64,000 nt of DNA from Octopus sinensis (Eukaryota), in the NCBI RefSeq assembly GCF_006345805.1, contig NC_043000.1:41788001-41852000 (forward strand), given 5' to 3'. A model generated the notes under the pieces. The model did not search any database. It worked only from the letters and a program-made list of their open reading frames with translations, and was not told the origin of the DNA. Each line of letters starts with the position of its first letter. Position 1 is the first letter of the stretch. Positions 1 to 13,272 of the stretch are shown piece by piece. A program made the position numbers and the translations under genes.

Positions 1-390
1 AAAATGGGAAAAATCCCCATCAAAAAAGAGAACTTGCAACTTATGTGGGCCGTTTGATCCGAAACTCCGTTTTCCAGAAACTCCTTCCCCTACCTGCCCG
101 CTAAAACAATTTCGCCTAAAGATATCTTTGTAATCGTAATCTACAATGTTTGAAAGGTATTTGTATAAAATTTCATTAAAAAAATACCCGTTTTTCTGAA
201 AGTTATGAGCGCACCTAAGTGTTGGGTCGTATGAATTTTCCGAAACGCCTTTCCCCAACCCCTCGGAAAAAAATTCCAACAAATCTTTACATACACTCAG
301 TCTACACAATCTAAGCAATTACTTGTTGAAAGTTTCGTTAAAAAGTATCCCTTTTCTGGAAGTTATGAGGCAACAAAGTCGAGTGAGTAT
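1..390. mobile_element. Probable non-autonomous Helitron/Helentron (DINE-like) remnant, truncated by window start
   Basis: Two diverged copies of an 'aaa(a/g)tttc(a/g)ttaaaaa...ttttctg(a/g)aagttatgag' module (~165-209 and ~328-368), a layout typical of DINE/HINE cores. No termini seen. Confidence 0.35.
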
Positions 391-689
391 ACATCTGTAG
401 TTATGCCCCTGAATCTATACTTTCCCTAATGGGATAACACAAAGATTGCTCCTCTTACCTTCTCGTTATTAACCTATCCCTATACAAATTAACGCTTCTC
501 TTCAAGCACAGATTACATCTCACTGACATCATCCCACCATTTTACAAACAAAGTAGCAGATATACACGAAGCCTACATCAACTACCTAGAAATAAATAGA
601 TATAAAAAATCATTGGCCATTACCCTTTTCTGTTGCTATAAGAAGCATTTAAGAATGTGTAACCAACCCTCACGCGCAACGACACAGAC

Positions 690-986
690 CAGTTGTTCTC
701 AGACTTTTTGACTTCGTGAAGATTAAATAAACAATTAATGACCCACCAGAGATTAAATATGGTACTGACTTACTTCGAACGGGAATTAAACAAAACTGTT
801 TCTTCTTTTTTTTTGTTTAGTTATAAAATCAATAAAAATATATAGAAACTCTTATTTGTCCTATTTATTTTTCTAATCTCTTTTATAATCCCTCTAGTGT
901 ATAGCAGAATTATGAATAACCATGCGTTTTCAAGACAATGAAGATTTAATATATTTTTTAAAAACCTTTATATTTTCTAACCACTG
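690..986. mobile_element. hAT (Charlie-like) MITE
   Basis: Left end CAGTTGTTCTCAGACTTTTT, right end AACCACTG. 8-bp target duplication ACACAGAC (682-689) / ACACAAAC (987-994). Confidence 0.65.
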
Positions 987-1002
987 ACACAAACACACAA
1001 AA

Positions 1003-1102
1003 AACTTGAAATTTCATAAAGTACTTCTATAAAATTTGCAGCAGAAATGGGAGCAACAGCCCGTAACTATATTTAGCTCACATTTGGATAACAGGAAAAA
1101 AA
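1003..1102 (+). pseudogene. Possible highly decayed Penelope-like reverse transcriptase fragment
   Basis: Frame reading AAEMGATARNYI*LTFG*QEKN resembles the PLE RT motif GTAMG...APTYANLxLGYLE. Contains stops; weak. Confidence 0.3.
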
Positions 1103-1471
1103 CATTTGTTTTCAGAGAATACATTAGATTCATTATAGAAGATACGAAACATAGCTGGGTTTCGAATTTTTATGCAAAAGTTCATGAATTACAAAGAACA
1201 TAAAGATAACACTCATAGAATAACAAACTTTTACCATCACAGGCTGCATATCATTCCCACACGTGTATTGCATTCATTATGAAACAAACACCTCAAAATA
1301 ATAAAAAAATAATAATAAAAACTTTCTCGACATGAGAAGGATACTTTATTTTACGACTCAAAATGGTAATATAGTTTTTTTACCAGTATAGGTACGATCA
1401 CCTCATACATCAAGGCACATTGAGGCACATACATCGAGGCACAACAGTCGTAGCCAATCATACCAAATCGA

Positions 1472-1507
<36 letters not shown>

Positions 1508-1849
1508 ACAGAGTGTTCACCATGTAATATCTGTTATATATCTGAAAATGTAGTCTTCGTTTACACTGTATCTAGAAACAAAAGAATCGATGATCACAGC
1601 TAGAACAACTTTGAGCAGAGATATAGTAGATCAGAGCCGATTTAAATACTTTTTCCAACAATAGACACAATTGCTGTAAATCGGATTGTATCCCTTAGCT
1701 AGACAGAGGAATGAAAAGGTTTGTTAGTCGTAGGTCTATATCTTCTCCCATTTAAATAGTCAAACAGTCAAACAAACTTATGTTCGAACTGGGATACACA
1801 ACGAAAAGAGGATACTCGACTAAAGGAATAAAATCCAATAAAACTAATA

Positions 1850-2515
1850 ATCCTTTCTACTATAGATACATACACAAAAAAAGTTTGTTTATGACATTGA
1901 CCCCCAGGCAGGTACAGTTTTTTTCACCGCCTCGAAAGGATGAAAGGCAAATTTGACCTCAGAACATAAAGAACCGGGAGAAATGCCGCCAAGCATTTTG
2001 TCTGAGAGGCTAACGAAGCTACCAACTCGCCGCCTTAATAAATTAAGCAATTTAACCTATAACACAATGGGATATTATACGGAAATTACAAATCGAGCAA
2101 TTAATATTCGAATACTGAAATATATGGCTGTACAACACAGACAAAAAAATTTACTGGAAGTAGGAAAACATATGGTAGCAATTTGAAGCTATGCCTTATA
2201 ATTTGCCACAACACAAAACTGCAATAACCCGATGACTTTATGGTAAATTGCAATGAAATTGCACCCAAATATTCCTTGAATCATATCTTAGCATTTTAAA
2301 AAGAAAGGATGCACCGCATAATGTAGTCATAAATAATACTTTCTGCTAAGGCCTAAACTTTTTGGTGGGGTTGGGGGAGCTAGTGGATTACATCGACCCC
2401 AGTATGCAACTGGTACTTATTTTGTCGACCCCGAAAGGCAAAGTCGACATTGGAGGAATTTGAACTCAAAGCATAAAGAGAGACAAAGCATTTTGCAGAG
2501 CGTGTCACCTCGTCA
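1850..2515 (-). mobile_element. Two decayed SINE family A copies (~1850-2035, ~2340-2515)
   Basis: Diverged matches to the family A core 'gaccccgaaaggatgaaaggcaaagtcgacc...gaatttgaactc'. Confidence 0.75.
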
Positions 2516-3088
2516 GATTAATGTAGTTATAAGTGATGTAGTTAAAGATAATATAGTTATTGATAACAAAGTTATGGATACTTTTAGAAAAGACGGGACA
2601 CTTATGAATGAAACGCTATTATAGGACTTGCCCGAACTGACATTTTCAAAAGTTTCAAGTAACAGCTAGATTCGAAATAGAAAGCCTTATCACTTCCTAT
2701 GCATGCATGCATACATACATGCATGGCTGCATATACATGCAAGCATAGAAGCATGTATGTATGCATACATGCATAGATAAAAGCGCACATGCATTTGTAC
2801 ATATACATATATATGCATACATACATACAAAGATGTTACACATATATGTATCAATGTATATATATGGGAATGTGAATGTGTGTGTGAGTGTGTGTGTGCG
2901 TGTGTGTGCGTGTATTGCACATTGATATCAGGTTGCCCGAGGCACCGCCTGACATAAAAGCTAGGCGTACACTGTCTGACAAGGAAAAGGTAAAAACAGG
3001 AAGAAATATACTGATACTACATACATGCATAATTATGTATATAAATACATGTATGCTCACATATGTGTATGTATGTATGTATATATAC

Positions 3089-3308
<220 letters not shown>

Positions 3309-3699
3309 CATATATACATCTATATACATATATATACACGCACACAATCATATATATGCAATACAGTACATGCAAACATACATATATCTATACAATACAG
3401 TACATACACACATACATGCATACGTACATACATACATACATACATACATACATACATACATACATACATACAATACAATACATACACTTACATAACAGAA
3501 ATAATTGCACACAGACACAGACATGAGTATAGATCGCTGAAAGTAGGAGCTGGCTGGCATCATGCAGCAATATAAAGCATCTAGTACATGCCTCGTTGAA
3601 CATGTCTCAGAGAACACCAAGCATGAAGAGGGCATTGGGTTCGTTCGTGCAGACACGCCTTATCTTAGTGTATTTACCTGCCGTACTTTGACTTTTCCA

Positions 3700-4190
3700 T
3701 GACGATAACGATGATGATAACGACGGCGACTAACACCTCGGCGTCCACAGCAGCCACAAATATGATGACAATGACCACAACGACGTAGAAGACGACGACG
3801 ACGACGACGACGATGATGATGGTAGTCTCGTCATTATCATCAAAGCGACAACAACGACGACGACAGCGGTCATGATGATGATGGTGATGATGATGATGAT
3901 GATGGTGGTGGTGATGGTGGTGCTGATGGTAGTGATGGTAGTGGCGGTGGTGTGATGACGGCGATAGTGGTGGCGGTATTGGTGGCAGTGGAAGTGGAGG
4001 AGGTGATGGTGGCGGTGGTAGTGATTTTGATAACGATCTCTGCTGCTGTACTACGGTTGTTGCGTCTGCTGTTGACAATGATGAGGAGGAGGAGGAGGAG
4101 GAGCGTGGAGTGGTGGTGGTGGTGGTGGTGGAGGGGAGGAGGACGACGACGATGATGATGATGGCGGAGGAGGAGGAATAGCGATGATGA
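3700..4190. repeat. Compound trinucleotide low-complexity tract (GAC/GAT/GGT/GAG)
   Basis: Direct inspection; gives the poly-H/P/V ORFs in the track. Confidence 0.9.
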
Positions 4191-4913
4191 TCATGGGTAT
4201 AAGAATTGTTAAAATCACGGGTGTATCTATTGCATTATATCCTGGTTTAAGCTGTTCGAGAAGTTAAATTATTGAGATCGCTTCTTACATAGACATTCCC
4301 ATTCCATTCTCTACACCACGTTCTATTTTTACTATACATTCAGAGAAAAGAAGGAGATTACTGTCAAACCAGAGATTTTCCGAATGTTTGCAACAGATTA
4401 ACCTCCACTTAGAGCACTCAAAGACGAAGTGATAGAGTTAAAAGTGGGGGTTCAAATTAAGTCTACAACCTCATAACTCAAGGGGCCAGCAAAGATATTG
4501 CTCTAATGAATCCACCAGTTCTCCGGATTGGACTGAACTAGACTGGTACTTTATTTTATCGACCTTGAAAGGATGACGGATAAAGTTGGCTTTTACGAAG
4601 TTTATACCAAATAAGGGAAACGTCAGAACAAATACCGCATAACATCTTGTCATACGCTTTCAAAACTGCCAATGTGACATTTTGTTGTTAGTCAAACAAT
4701 AGCATCAGGATTCATTTCAGCTTATCAGTAAATCAATCTAAAATTAGATCACATTAGTACTAAAGGTAACATGGGCGCAGGCGTGAACGTATGGTAAGAA
4801 GCTTGCTTCTTCTCAACCACATAGCTCAGGGTTCAGCTGTCTTTTACTGTAGCTTCGGGCCGACCAAAGTCTTGTGAGCGGATTCGGTAGAAGGAAATTG
4901 AAAGAAGCTTGTC

Positions 4914-4951
<38 letters not shown>

Positions 4952-4954
<3 letters not shown>

Positions 4955-5151
4955 AGATAATAGTGTCATTGAAACCCAAAGGTGTCAGGTAATGCTGAAT
5001 AACTGCTATAAACAGACCTTTCCTCTCACACCATCTCCGATGAAGGGATATTATTAATTAATATCCTAGAAACAGCTGTAAGACCTTCTATCTATAAATG
5101 CTCTAATATCTATAGAGCCTTGGTTTTTTATTTTATTACGCAGAAAATCCT
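4952..5151 (+). mobile_element. Penelope-like terminal fragment inserted in the SINE B microsatellite
   Basis: Flanked by (TA)n and contains a hammerhead motif. Its CCCAAAGGTGTCAGGTAATGCTGA segment recurs at ~18761-18784. Confidence 0.6.
5034..5083 (+). ncRNA. Minimal type I hammerhead-like motif (CCGAUGA core variant)
   Basis: TCT-CCGATGA-AG-GGATATT/AATATCC stem II-TA-GAAA-CAGCTG (palindromic stem III)-TA-AGA. Confidence 0.6.
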
Positions 5152-5567
5152 TATATATATACCTGTGTGTGTGTCTTTATGTTTGTGTTTGTCCCCCATC
5201 ACGGCTTGACAACTGGTATTAGTGTATTTGCGTCTCCATAACTTAGCGGTTCAGCAATAAGCGACTGATAGAGTAGGTACCAGGTTTAAAAAGAAAATAA
5301 CTCCTAGGGTTGATTTGTTTGATAAAAATACATCCAAGGCGGTGCCCCAGCATGGCTGCTGTCAAATGACTGAAACAAGTAAAAGATAACAACACAAGAT
5401 AAAAAACATGCTTTATTGTTAGTTCAGGACTATTGACTAATAGAATCACATGTCGTTTAAATCAATTAGTCAATTGTAAGTCATTATATTACATGGCTCG
5501 GTGGTAAGTATTGTGACACGTAAAGCTGAGTGAATGAAATATTTAGGCAGATATTTACAGGCATATT

Positions 5568-5672
<105 letters not shown>

Positions 5673-5814
5673 ATTTGCAATATTATGCACATACTCTTAA
5701 GACACGTGTGTATATGAAACAACGATTGTGTATCTATGCAGTCATTCGACTTGCTATAAAAAGAAATTATGTCTTTCTCAGATCACATACAAATGAGTTA
5801 AAAGATAAAGAAAA

Positions 5815-6655
5815 TATTCTTTTCTACTCTATGCACAAGGTCTGAAATTTTGGGGGAGGGGCCAGTCGATTAGATCGACCCAGGAACGCAACTGATACTT
5901 AATTCATCGACTCCGAAAGGATGAAAGGCAAAGTTGACCTCAGTGGAATTTGAACTCTGAGCGCAAAGATAGATGAAACACCGATAGCAATTTCGCCCGG
6001 CGTGCTAACGTTTCTGACTGCTTGCCGCCTTGATAATGAAAATATTCTTTTCTACTCTTGGCACAGGACTCCAAATTTTTGAGGAGGGAGTCGGTCAATT
6101 AGATCGACCCCAGTACGTAACTAGTACTTAATTTATCGACCCCGAAAGGATGAAAGGCAAAGTCGATCTCTGCGAAATTTGAACTGAGAACGTAGAGACA
6201 CACGAAACACCGCTAAGCATTTCGCCCGGCGTGCTAACGTTTCTAATTGCTTTACTGTCCAAAAGGGGCTACAGACAGAGGGGACAAGCAAGGACAGACA
6301 AACGGATAAAGTCGATTATATCGACCACAGTGCGTAACTGGTACTTATTTATCGACCCCGAAAGGATAAAAGGCAAAGTCGACCTCGGCGGAATTTGAAC
6401 TCAGAACATAACGGCAGACGAAATACCTATTTATTTACTACCCACAAGGGGCTAAACACAGAGAGGACAAAGGACAGACAAACGAATTAAGTCGATTATA
6501 TCGACCCCAGTGCGTAACTGGTACTTATTTAATCGACCCCGAAAGGATGAAAGGCAAAGTCAACCTCGGCGGAATTTGAACTCAGAACATAACGGCAGAC
6601 GAAATACCGCAAAGCATTTCGCCCGGCGTGCTAACGTTTCTGCCAGCTCGCCGCT
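5815..6655 (-). mobile_element. Cluster of four co-oriented SINE family A units (tRNA-Arg-like head), with two tail variants
   Basis: Core repeated at ~5890, ~6130, ~6345 and ~6530. Target-like motif GATAA(A/T)GAAA(A/T)TATT at 5804, 6032 and 6658. Confidence 0.92.
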
Positions 6656-6864
6656 CTGATAATGAAATTATTAACAATATAGAATCATTCAAACAGGAAG
6701 AAAAGAAATTTTCCTGAAGTGTGGGACGCCTTTAGTCATGGTGCTTGTCGTAAATACGTATTCCTAGGTTTAATCCCACTGAATGACACCATGTTCATGT
6801 ATCATTTATAATGATCTCATATTAACCAATGCTTAGAAAGATAAGGGAAATTGTTGTTTATGGA

Positions 6865-7229
6865 TGGAAGCACTCCGTCGGTTACGACGATGAGGATTCC
6901 GGTTGATCCGACCAGCGGAACAGCCTGCTCGTGAAATTAACGTGTAAGTGGCTGAGCACTCCACAGACACGTGTACCCTTAACGTAGTTCTCGGGGATAT
7001 TCAGCGTGACACAGAGAGTGACAAGGCCGGCCCTTTGAAACAGGAAGAAAGAGTGAGAGAAAGTTGTGGTGAAAGATTACAGCAGGGATCCCCACCATCC
7101 CCTGCCGGAGCCTCGTGGAGCTTTAGGTGTTTTTGCTCATTGAGCACTCACAACGCCCGGTCTGGGAATCGAAACCGCGATCTTACGACCGCGAGTCCGC
7201 TGCCCTGACCACTGGGCCATTGCGCCTCC
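6865..7229 (-). mobile_element. SINE family C, full length
   Basis: Minus-strand head GGAGGCGCAATGGCCCAGTGG..GGTTTCGATTCCC (A and B boxes). 10-bp TSD TGTTGTTTAT. Near-identical to 33244-33586. Confidence 0.92.
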
Positions 7230-7254
7230 TGTTGTTTATATGCATACACACATG

Positions 7255-7412
7255 TATGTATGTATGTATGTATGTATGTATGTATGTGTGTATATGTGTA
7301 GGTAGGTAGGTGGGTAGGTAGGTAAGTAGGTAGGTAGGTTGGTACGTAGGTAGGTAGGTAAGTAGGTAGGTAGGTAGTAGGTAGGTAGGTAGGTAGGTAG
7401 GTAGGTAGGTAG
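7255..7412. repeat. (TATG)n and (GGTA)n microsatellites
   Basis: Direct inspection. Confidence 0.95.
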
Positions 7413-7519
7413 CTATAGACTTTGCCTTACTGTTAAGTTACGGAGGTGTAAAAATATAAAACCACTACTGGTTGTCAAGCGGTAGACGAACAAATGCAAC
7501 ACAAAGACAAACACATAGA

Positions 7520-7912
7520 TGATCGTGTGGTAAGAAGCTTGCTTCCCAACTACATGGTTCCGGGTTCAGTCTCATTGCGTGTCACCTTGGGTAAGACTTT
7601 ACTACAAACTCAGGCCGACCAAAGCCTTGTGAGTGGATTTGGCAGATGGAAACTGAAAGAAGCCCGTCATATATATGTGTATGTGTGTGAATGTGTGTTT
7701 GTACCTGTATTTATTCACCCCCTCCCCCATTGCTTGACAAACGGTGTTGGTGTGTTTATGTCCGCATAACTTAGTAGCAAAAGTGCCGATAGAATAAGTA
7801 CAAGGCTTACAAAGAATATGTCCCTGGGGCGATTTGTTCGACTAAAACCCTGTAAGGCGGTGCTCCAGTATGGCCGTTGCCAAATGATTGAAACATGTAA
7901 AAAATAAAAGAA
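7520..7912 (+). mobile_element. SINE family B, with antisense family B fragments either side (~7415-7510, ~7935-8050)
   Basis: Matches the head, CORE-like and tail segments of other family B copies. Confidence 0.85.
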
Positions 7913-8079
7913 TATGCATAATTATTTTTTCTATGACGGCATTCTTTCCGTTTCCAGCTACTAAATCCACTCACAAAGTTTTTCTTGTCTCAGGGCTAAG
8001 GTAGAAAACCCATGCCCAAAGTTGCCCCGCATGTGGTTTCACACCTACGCCTACACACACACACACACACAAACACACA

Positions 8080-8116
<37 letters not shown>

Positions 8117-8310
8117 GCACACACAAGTGTGTGCGAGCACACGCACATAAACATATACGAAAGTGAGCTGAAAAATTCATCGGCTGAATATGAAGGATTG
8201 ATGCTAGTGCTAACAAATCGTGCATGCATTAATTCCAAATTTTCCTATTGATAACTGCATTGTTTATTTCCAGTAAACTGAAATCTGAGTGCTCAAGGAC
8301 TTCTCTTGAA

Positions 8311-8640
8311 AATGGACGAAATTTGGCATCGTGATGTTATGAACTACCAGCAGAAAAAAGGATTTAGCTACCAATGTCATTCATACTGACATGGTTGTTA
8401 CACTAGGGGAAAACGTCCCAGCTTCATCATCTGTGCAAAAGTGAGCAGCTGAATTTAGGAGGAACAGAGAGAGTCTTAAAGATGACAAAAGGTCCTGAAA
8501 CTTCCCCCGCCAAGAAAAATATTGATCGTGTTCACTACATGTGTTGGATAACAGGCCAGAGTCAATAAATCAAATAGCCAATATTATCAGCATAACCCGT
8601 GAGAGAGTTGCGAATATTCATCGCAATGAACTTTGCACCA
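8311..8640 (+). pseudogene. Mariner transposase N-terminal (HTH) relic
   Basis: Frameshifted translation MDEIWHRDVMNYQQKKG/LATNVIHTDMVVTLGENVPASSSVQK*AAEFRRNRESLKDDKRS...KNIDRVH...INQIANIISITRERVANIHRNEL, typical of a mariner DNA-binding domain. Confidence 0.8.
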
Positions 8641-9584
8641 TAATATAACAACATTTATTTGAACAAATCAACTTGCGATCGATCATTCAGTTTGTCTCCC
8701 ATTTGTTGTTTCCCATCAAACACGACGAAAATCTGCCACCATTTTGTAATAAGTGATAAGTCCCTTCACGGCAATATATCCAATATAGATAGTTATATTA
8801 ATATTTAACCAAACTATATAATTGTATAGTAACTGAAATAATGTAGTAAAGTATAAGACATAAAATGTGTCTAGTGCTATCAGTAAAACAAGTAGGAGGA
8901 GAAAAGAGATGGTGTATTCAGGCAAGGGAGATAAGTAAGAGTGGTGACAAGCACTGCGAGAAAGATAGAGGATATGAAATAGGAGTAAGACTGTGTAAAG
9001 AAGGAAATTCAGGAACAGGACGAAACCGGTACTCAGATAATATTATAAAGTAGAGAGGGAGGGAAAAGTGATATTGCGGCAGGATGTCAAACAGTAAAGA
9101 GATATTGACAGATTGGCAGATAAAGGAAGGTAGATGGATAGATAAAGGCAGAAAAATATTCGTCATCGCAGGTTAGAAAATATGAAGCTGTGAGCAGCAT
9201 AACTATTGTTTAGGTTACAAATAATATTGAAAAATGGTGCTGACGGATAACAAAGACGTTCACAGAAAGGAAAAGACATCAAAAATGGACGTACATAAGT
9301 CTGGTCTAGTTGCCAACTGGAAATCATTACCGTCCTATTATTCATCGTCTAAAACGGAAGACCATTTGTTCGTTTCCTTTCGTTTTAAATTTTTACAAAT
9401 TTACATTTATCATTAAATCGTAAAGTTGTGTATATATATATTTTCCTATTAATTTGTTTTTACCCTTTGCTGCCCTTTGTTCAATCCGACTTAAAATGAT
9501 CTTTTCTATGGAAAGACCTATCATGTTATCTGTTTGTTTTGTTTTGTGTTTTTTTTCTCCTTCAGTCACTAACTTATTACTATA

Positions 9585-10165
9585 TACCCGGGCCGCAGCG
9601 ACAAAGTCTACCCACCATGCTTCTCGGTCCATCATCGCTACCTCAAGGTTCTGGATATATTCCAGGCCGGTGTCTACAATCAAATTGTCGATGTAAATGT
9701 CAAGACATTTTCCTCGTCTTACATCGCCATGAAGTGGGTCCCACAAGAGTAATTTAGATGTTTCCAGTTCAGAGTGGTGCACACAGTGACCAGATAGTCA
9801 CAGCTGCCTTTGCCTGATCATCTCGCTAACTTTTGGCAGGTCTCTATAAAGGGATCAATTTGTCATACGTTGCTGCCATTTCACATTTAGGGTCATTCAA
9901 AACATCCTTGTGTAGCATCCATTAAGCCTGTTTGATAATTTCTTTCTGAATGTCCATGTTTCACTGCAATACAACAGCACTGATTCGACAGTTGCAACCA
10001 ACAGCTTCACCGGAGTTCCAGGCCTTCTTTTTGTTTGTGACATTAATTTCGTATACACATTATTTTTATTTTGTTTGAATTTAGTGGACACTAGCCTCTG
10101 TATTCAACCAGTTCAAATATATTGGCGGATATCTCTGAAACGAACAGTACTGCCTTAAATACCAA
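9585..10165 (-). pseudogene. RTE-clade LINE ORF2 C-terminal fragment
   Basis: ATVESVLLYCSETWTFRKKLSNRLNGCYTRM and SKLLLWDPLHGDVRRGK..YIDNL..DTGL..AMMDREAW are RTE thumb/C-terminal motifs. Confidence 0.85.
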
Positions 10166-10169
10166 GTTA

Positions 10170-10382
10170 TACTCGTTACTCTCTATTACTCTTTTACTTG
10201 TTACAGTCATATGACTGCGGCCATGCTGGAGCACCGCCTTTAGTCGAGCAAATCGACCCCGGGACTTATTCTTTGTAAGCCCAGTACTTATTCTATCAGT
10301 CTCTTTTGCCGAACATAAAAGCATCGGTTGTCAAGCAATGCTAGGGGAAAAAACACAGACACACACATACACACACACACAA

Positions 10383-10423
<41 letters not shown>

Positions 10424-10586
10424 CGACAGGCTTCTTTCAGTTTCCGTCTACCAAATCCACTCACAAGGCATTGGTCGGCCATGGGCTATAGTAGAAGACA
10501 CTTCCCCAAGATGCCACGCAGCGGGACTGAACCCGGAACCATGTGGTTGGTTAGCAAGCTACTTACCACACAGCCACTCCTGCGCC
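10170..10586 (-). mobile_element. SINE family B
   Basis: Reverse complement of the family B consensus with its internal microsatellite. Confidence 0.92.
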
Positions 10587-10757
10587 TTATGTTCACTTCC
10601 AGTTAACAACTAATGAAAGTATTAGATTTTTGCAAGTCCGTTTGTAGTTTCATTTTTTTCTCCGCTTAAAGTTTTCTTGTATTTATATGAATGTGTGCGC
10701 GCGCGTTTGCGTGAGTGATTGTGCTCACGTGCGCATGTATATATATATATATATATA

Positions 10758-10805
<48 letters not shown>

Positions 10806-11126
10806 GCATGTATACGTGTGTGCGTTTTGAGTTGTGTGTGCATTTTGAGTTGTGCGTGCGTGTGTGTATCAGTGTGTATGTGTGTATGTGTGTGTACGTG
10901 TGTTTGCGTAATTAGTGAGGCAAGGTCCTATGTTATGGTTCATCACTAATCTGTATTGTAAATCCATGGTTTTTTACACAGAATGATGTACAAGACAAGA
11001 AATAAATAATGGTCAAACGTTATGTTCTCTAAAGTCAAATTTATTACAATAAAAGAAAATATGTAATATCTATTATTTATGCCTTGTCTTATATATGTAT
11101 ATATATATGTATATATATATATATGT

Positions 11127-11157
<31 letters not shown>

Positions 11158-11771
11158 GTATATGTATATATATATATTATATATATATATATATATATAC
11201 TGTTAAACTTTGACAGGTTTATTAGGAAATATTAATAGATCTAGTGCAAATTATTATTCAGGGAATTCAATGCTGAGGTGTGAAGAGATTCCTGTGAATT
11301 TTCTAAAATTGTTTGTTTTGTTTTGCTTTGTTCAAATAAAATACACATGCATTATATAAACTAACATTATTTATATATACATATGTATACGCATACACAC
11401 ATATTTATGGATATACCTAGCTATCTGTCTACATATGTATCGCCCTTTCTTTCTCTCCCTACCTACCCCCCCCCCCCACACACACGGCTGCATTCGACTA
11501 TGTTAAGTTACTTAACGACAATGCATCCTCGTTTCACATGTCAATAGAATAATTCAGTTGAGATATTAAAGACTAGGTATTTGCAGGAACAATTGAGCAA
11601 GTCAACATAAAGCACAACAAAAACAAAACAAACAACTCAATCGCAAGCATACCCACACATAAAAATACACATACATTAGCATGTATTAAATTATGCGTGT
11701 GTGCAAGTGTATGTGTATATGTTTGTGTGAGTGAGTTTGTTTAAATGTATGTGTGTGCATATATATATGCA

Positions 11772-11822
<51 letters not shown>

Positions 11823-12099
11823 GTATGTATGTATGTATGCATGTATATATAATATATATATATACATATATGTATATATATATATAGAGAGAGAGATAGT
11901 TAGATAGACAGACAGATAGATAAAGATAGAGATAGATAGATAGATATACATGCATATATATATATATACACACATATATGTATATATATATATTTCTGTA
12001 TATACTTCTAAACATAGGTATATGTATATATATATATATATAGACATAGATTCCATCTCTATTATTATTGTTTTATTGTATTTTATCACTTTTTAACTG

Positions 12100-12147
12100 A
12101 CGTTATTATTATTATTATTATTATTATCATTATTATTATCATTATTA

Positions 12148-12199
<52 letters not shown>

Positions 12200-12255
12200 G
12201 ATTATTATTATTATTATTATTATTTGTGATGTAGTAGTGTTGTTGTTGTTGTTTT
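12100..12255. repeat. (ATT)n microsatellite followed by short (GTA)/(GTT) runs
   Basis: Direct inspection. Confidence 0.95.
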
Positions 12256-12654
12256 TGTATTGTTATGTTCGTCTATGGATTTTATGTCTCAAAAATAAAA
12301 ATGTCAAACGTAACAGCAAAGTTGGAGTTTTCTTATGACACCTCACCTTTTCATGGCATGAGAAACGACCACAAAAACACATCGACTGTGATTATACAAT
12401 ATTTTTAAAACATCTGCAAACTATTCCAACTAACTTTCAATAGAATAATGAAATAATATAAACATTAGGTGAGTGTATCTCTGCAGACATGTATGTACGT
12501 ACGTTTACATACATACATACATGTAAATATACATACATGCATACATACGTACATACATACATATATACGTACGTACGCGTGTGTGTGTGTGTGTGTACTA
12601 GTGGTGTGTGTAAGTGTGTGCGTACCTCTGAGCATATGTAAGTGTATGCTACAA

Positions 12655-12704
<50 letters not shown>

Positions 12705-12708
<4 letters not shown>

Positions 12709-12925
12709 TTTTATTCTTTTACTTGTTTCAGTACGTTCACTGCGGCCATGCTGGAGCACCACCTTTAGTCGAACTAATCGACCCCAGGACTTATCTTTGC
12801 AACCGTAGTAATTATTCTACCTATTTCTTTTGCCGACGAACCGCTAATTTACGGGGACGTAAACACACCAACATCAGTTGTCAACGATGGTGTTGGTTGG
12901 GGAAACACAGACACAAATAATAAAC
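12705..12925 (-). mobile_element. SINE family B 3' half (head remnant ~13155-13195)
   Basis: TTTTACTTGTTTCAGT..TGCGGCCATGCTGGAGCACC..GGGGACGTAAACAC. Confidence 0.85.
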
Positions 12926-12945
12926 AGACACACCTATATATAAAC

Positions 12946-13014
<69 letters not shown>

Positions 13015-13042
13015 ATATATATATACGACGTATGTAACCATG

Positions 13043-13129
<87 letters not shown>

Positions 13130-13219
13130 ATATATACGACGTATGTAACTGTAGTTAAGAAGCAAGCTTCTTACCACACGGCCAATACTGCGCCTATACA
13201 CACATATATATATATATAT

Positions 13220-13266
<47 letters not shown>

Positions 13267-13272
<6 letters not shown>

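Larger units (their letters stand above)
4774..5390 (+). mobile_element. SINE family B (tRNA-like head, CORE-like segment, internal (TA)n(TG)n) interrupted by a PLE-like insert
   Basis: Head GGCGCAGG..TGGTAAGAAGCTTGC..GGGTTCA and tail TCAAATGACTGAAACAAGTAAAAG, shared with 24338, 31548 and 44826. Confidence 0.85.

Noticed and set aside
3674-4078. 134 aa Pro/His-rich ORF with a hydrophobic tail and a CAG|GTAAAT donor-like site on the minus strand
   Set aside because: Built from trinucleotide repeats that are open in several frames; no partner exon or domain found.
5815-6655. Regularly spaced repeats resembling a CRISPR array
   Set aside because: The whole unit repeats with no unique spacers; it is a eukaryotic SINE cluster with no cas genes.
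8760-9340. Purine-rich blocks here and at 17830-18290 as PLE 3' regions with GIY-YIG relics
   Set aside because: Only faint peptide resemblance and no ribozyme motif; not supportable by eye.
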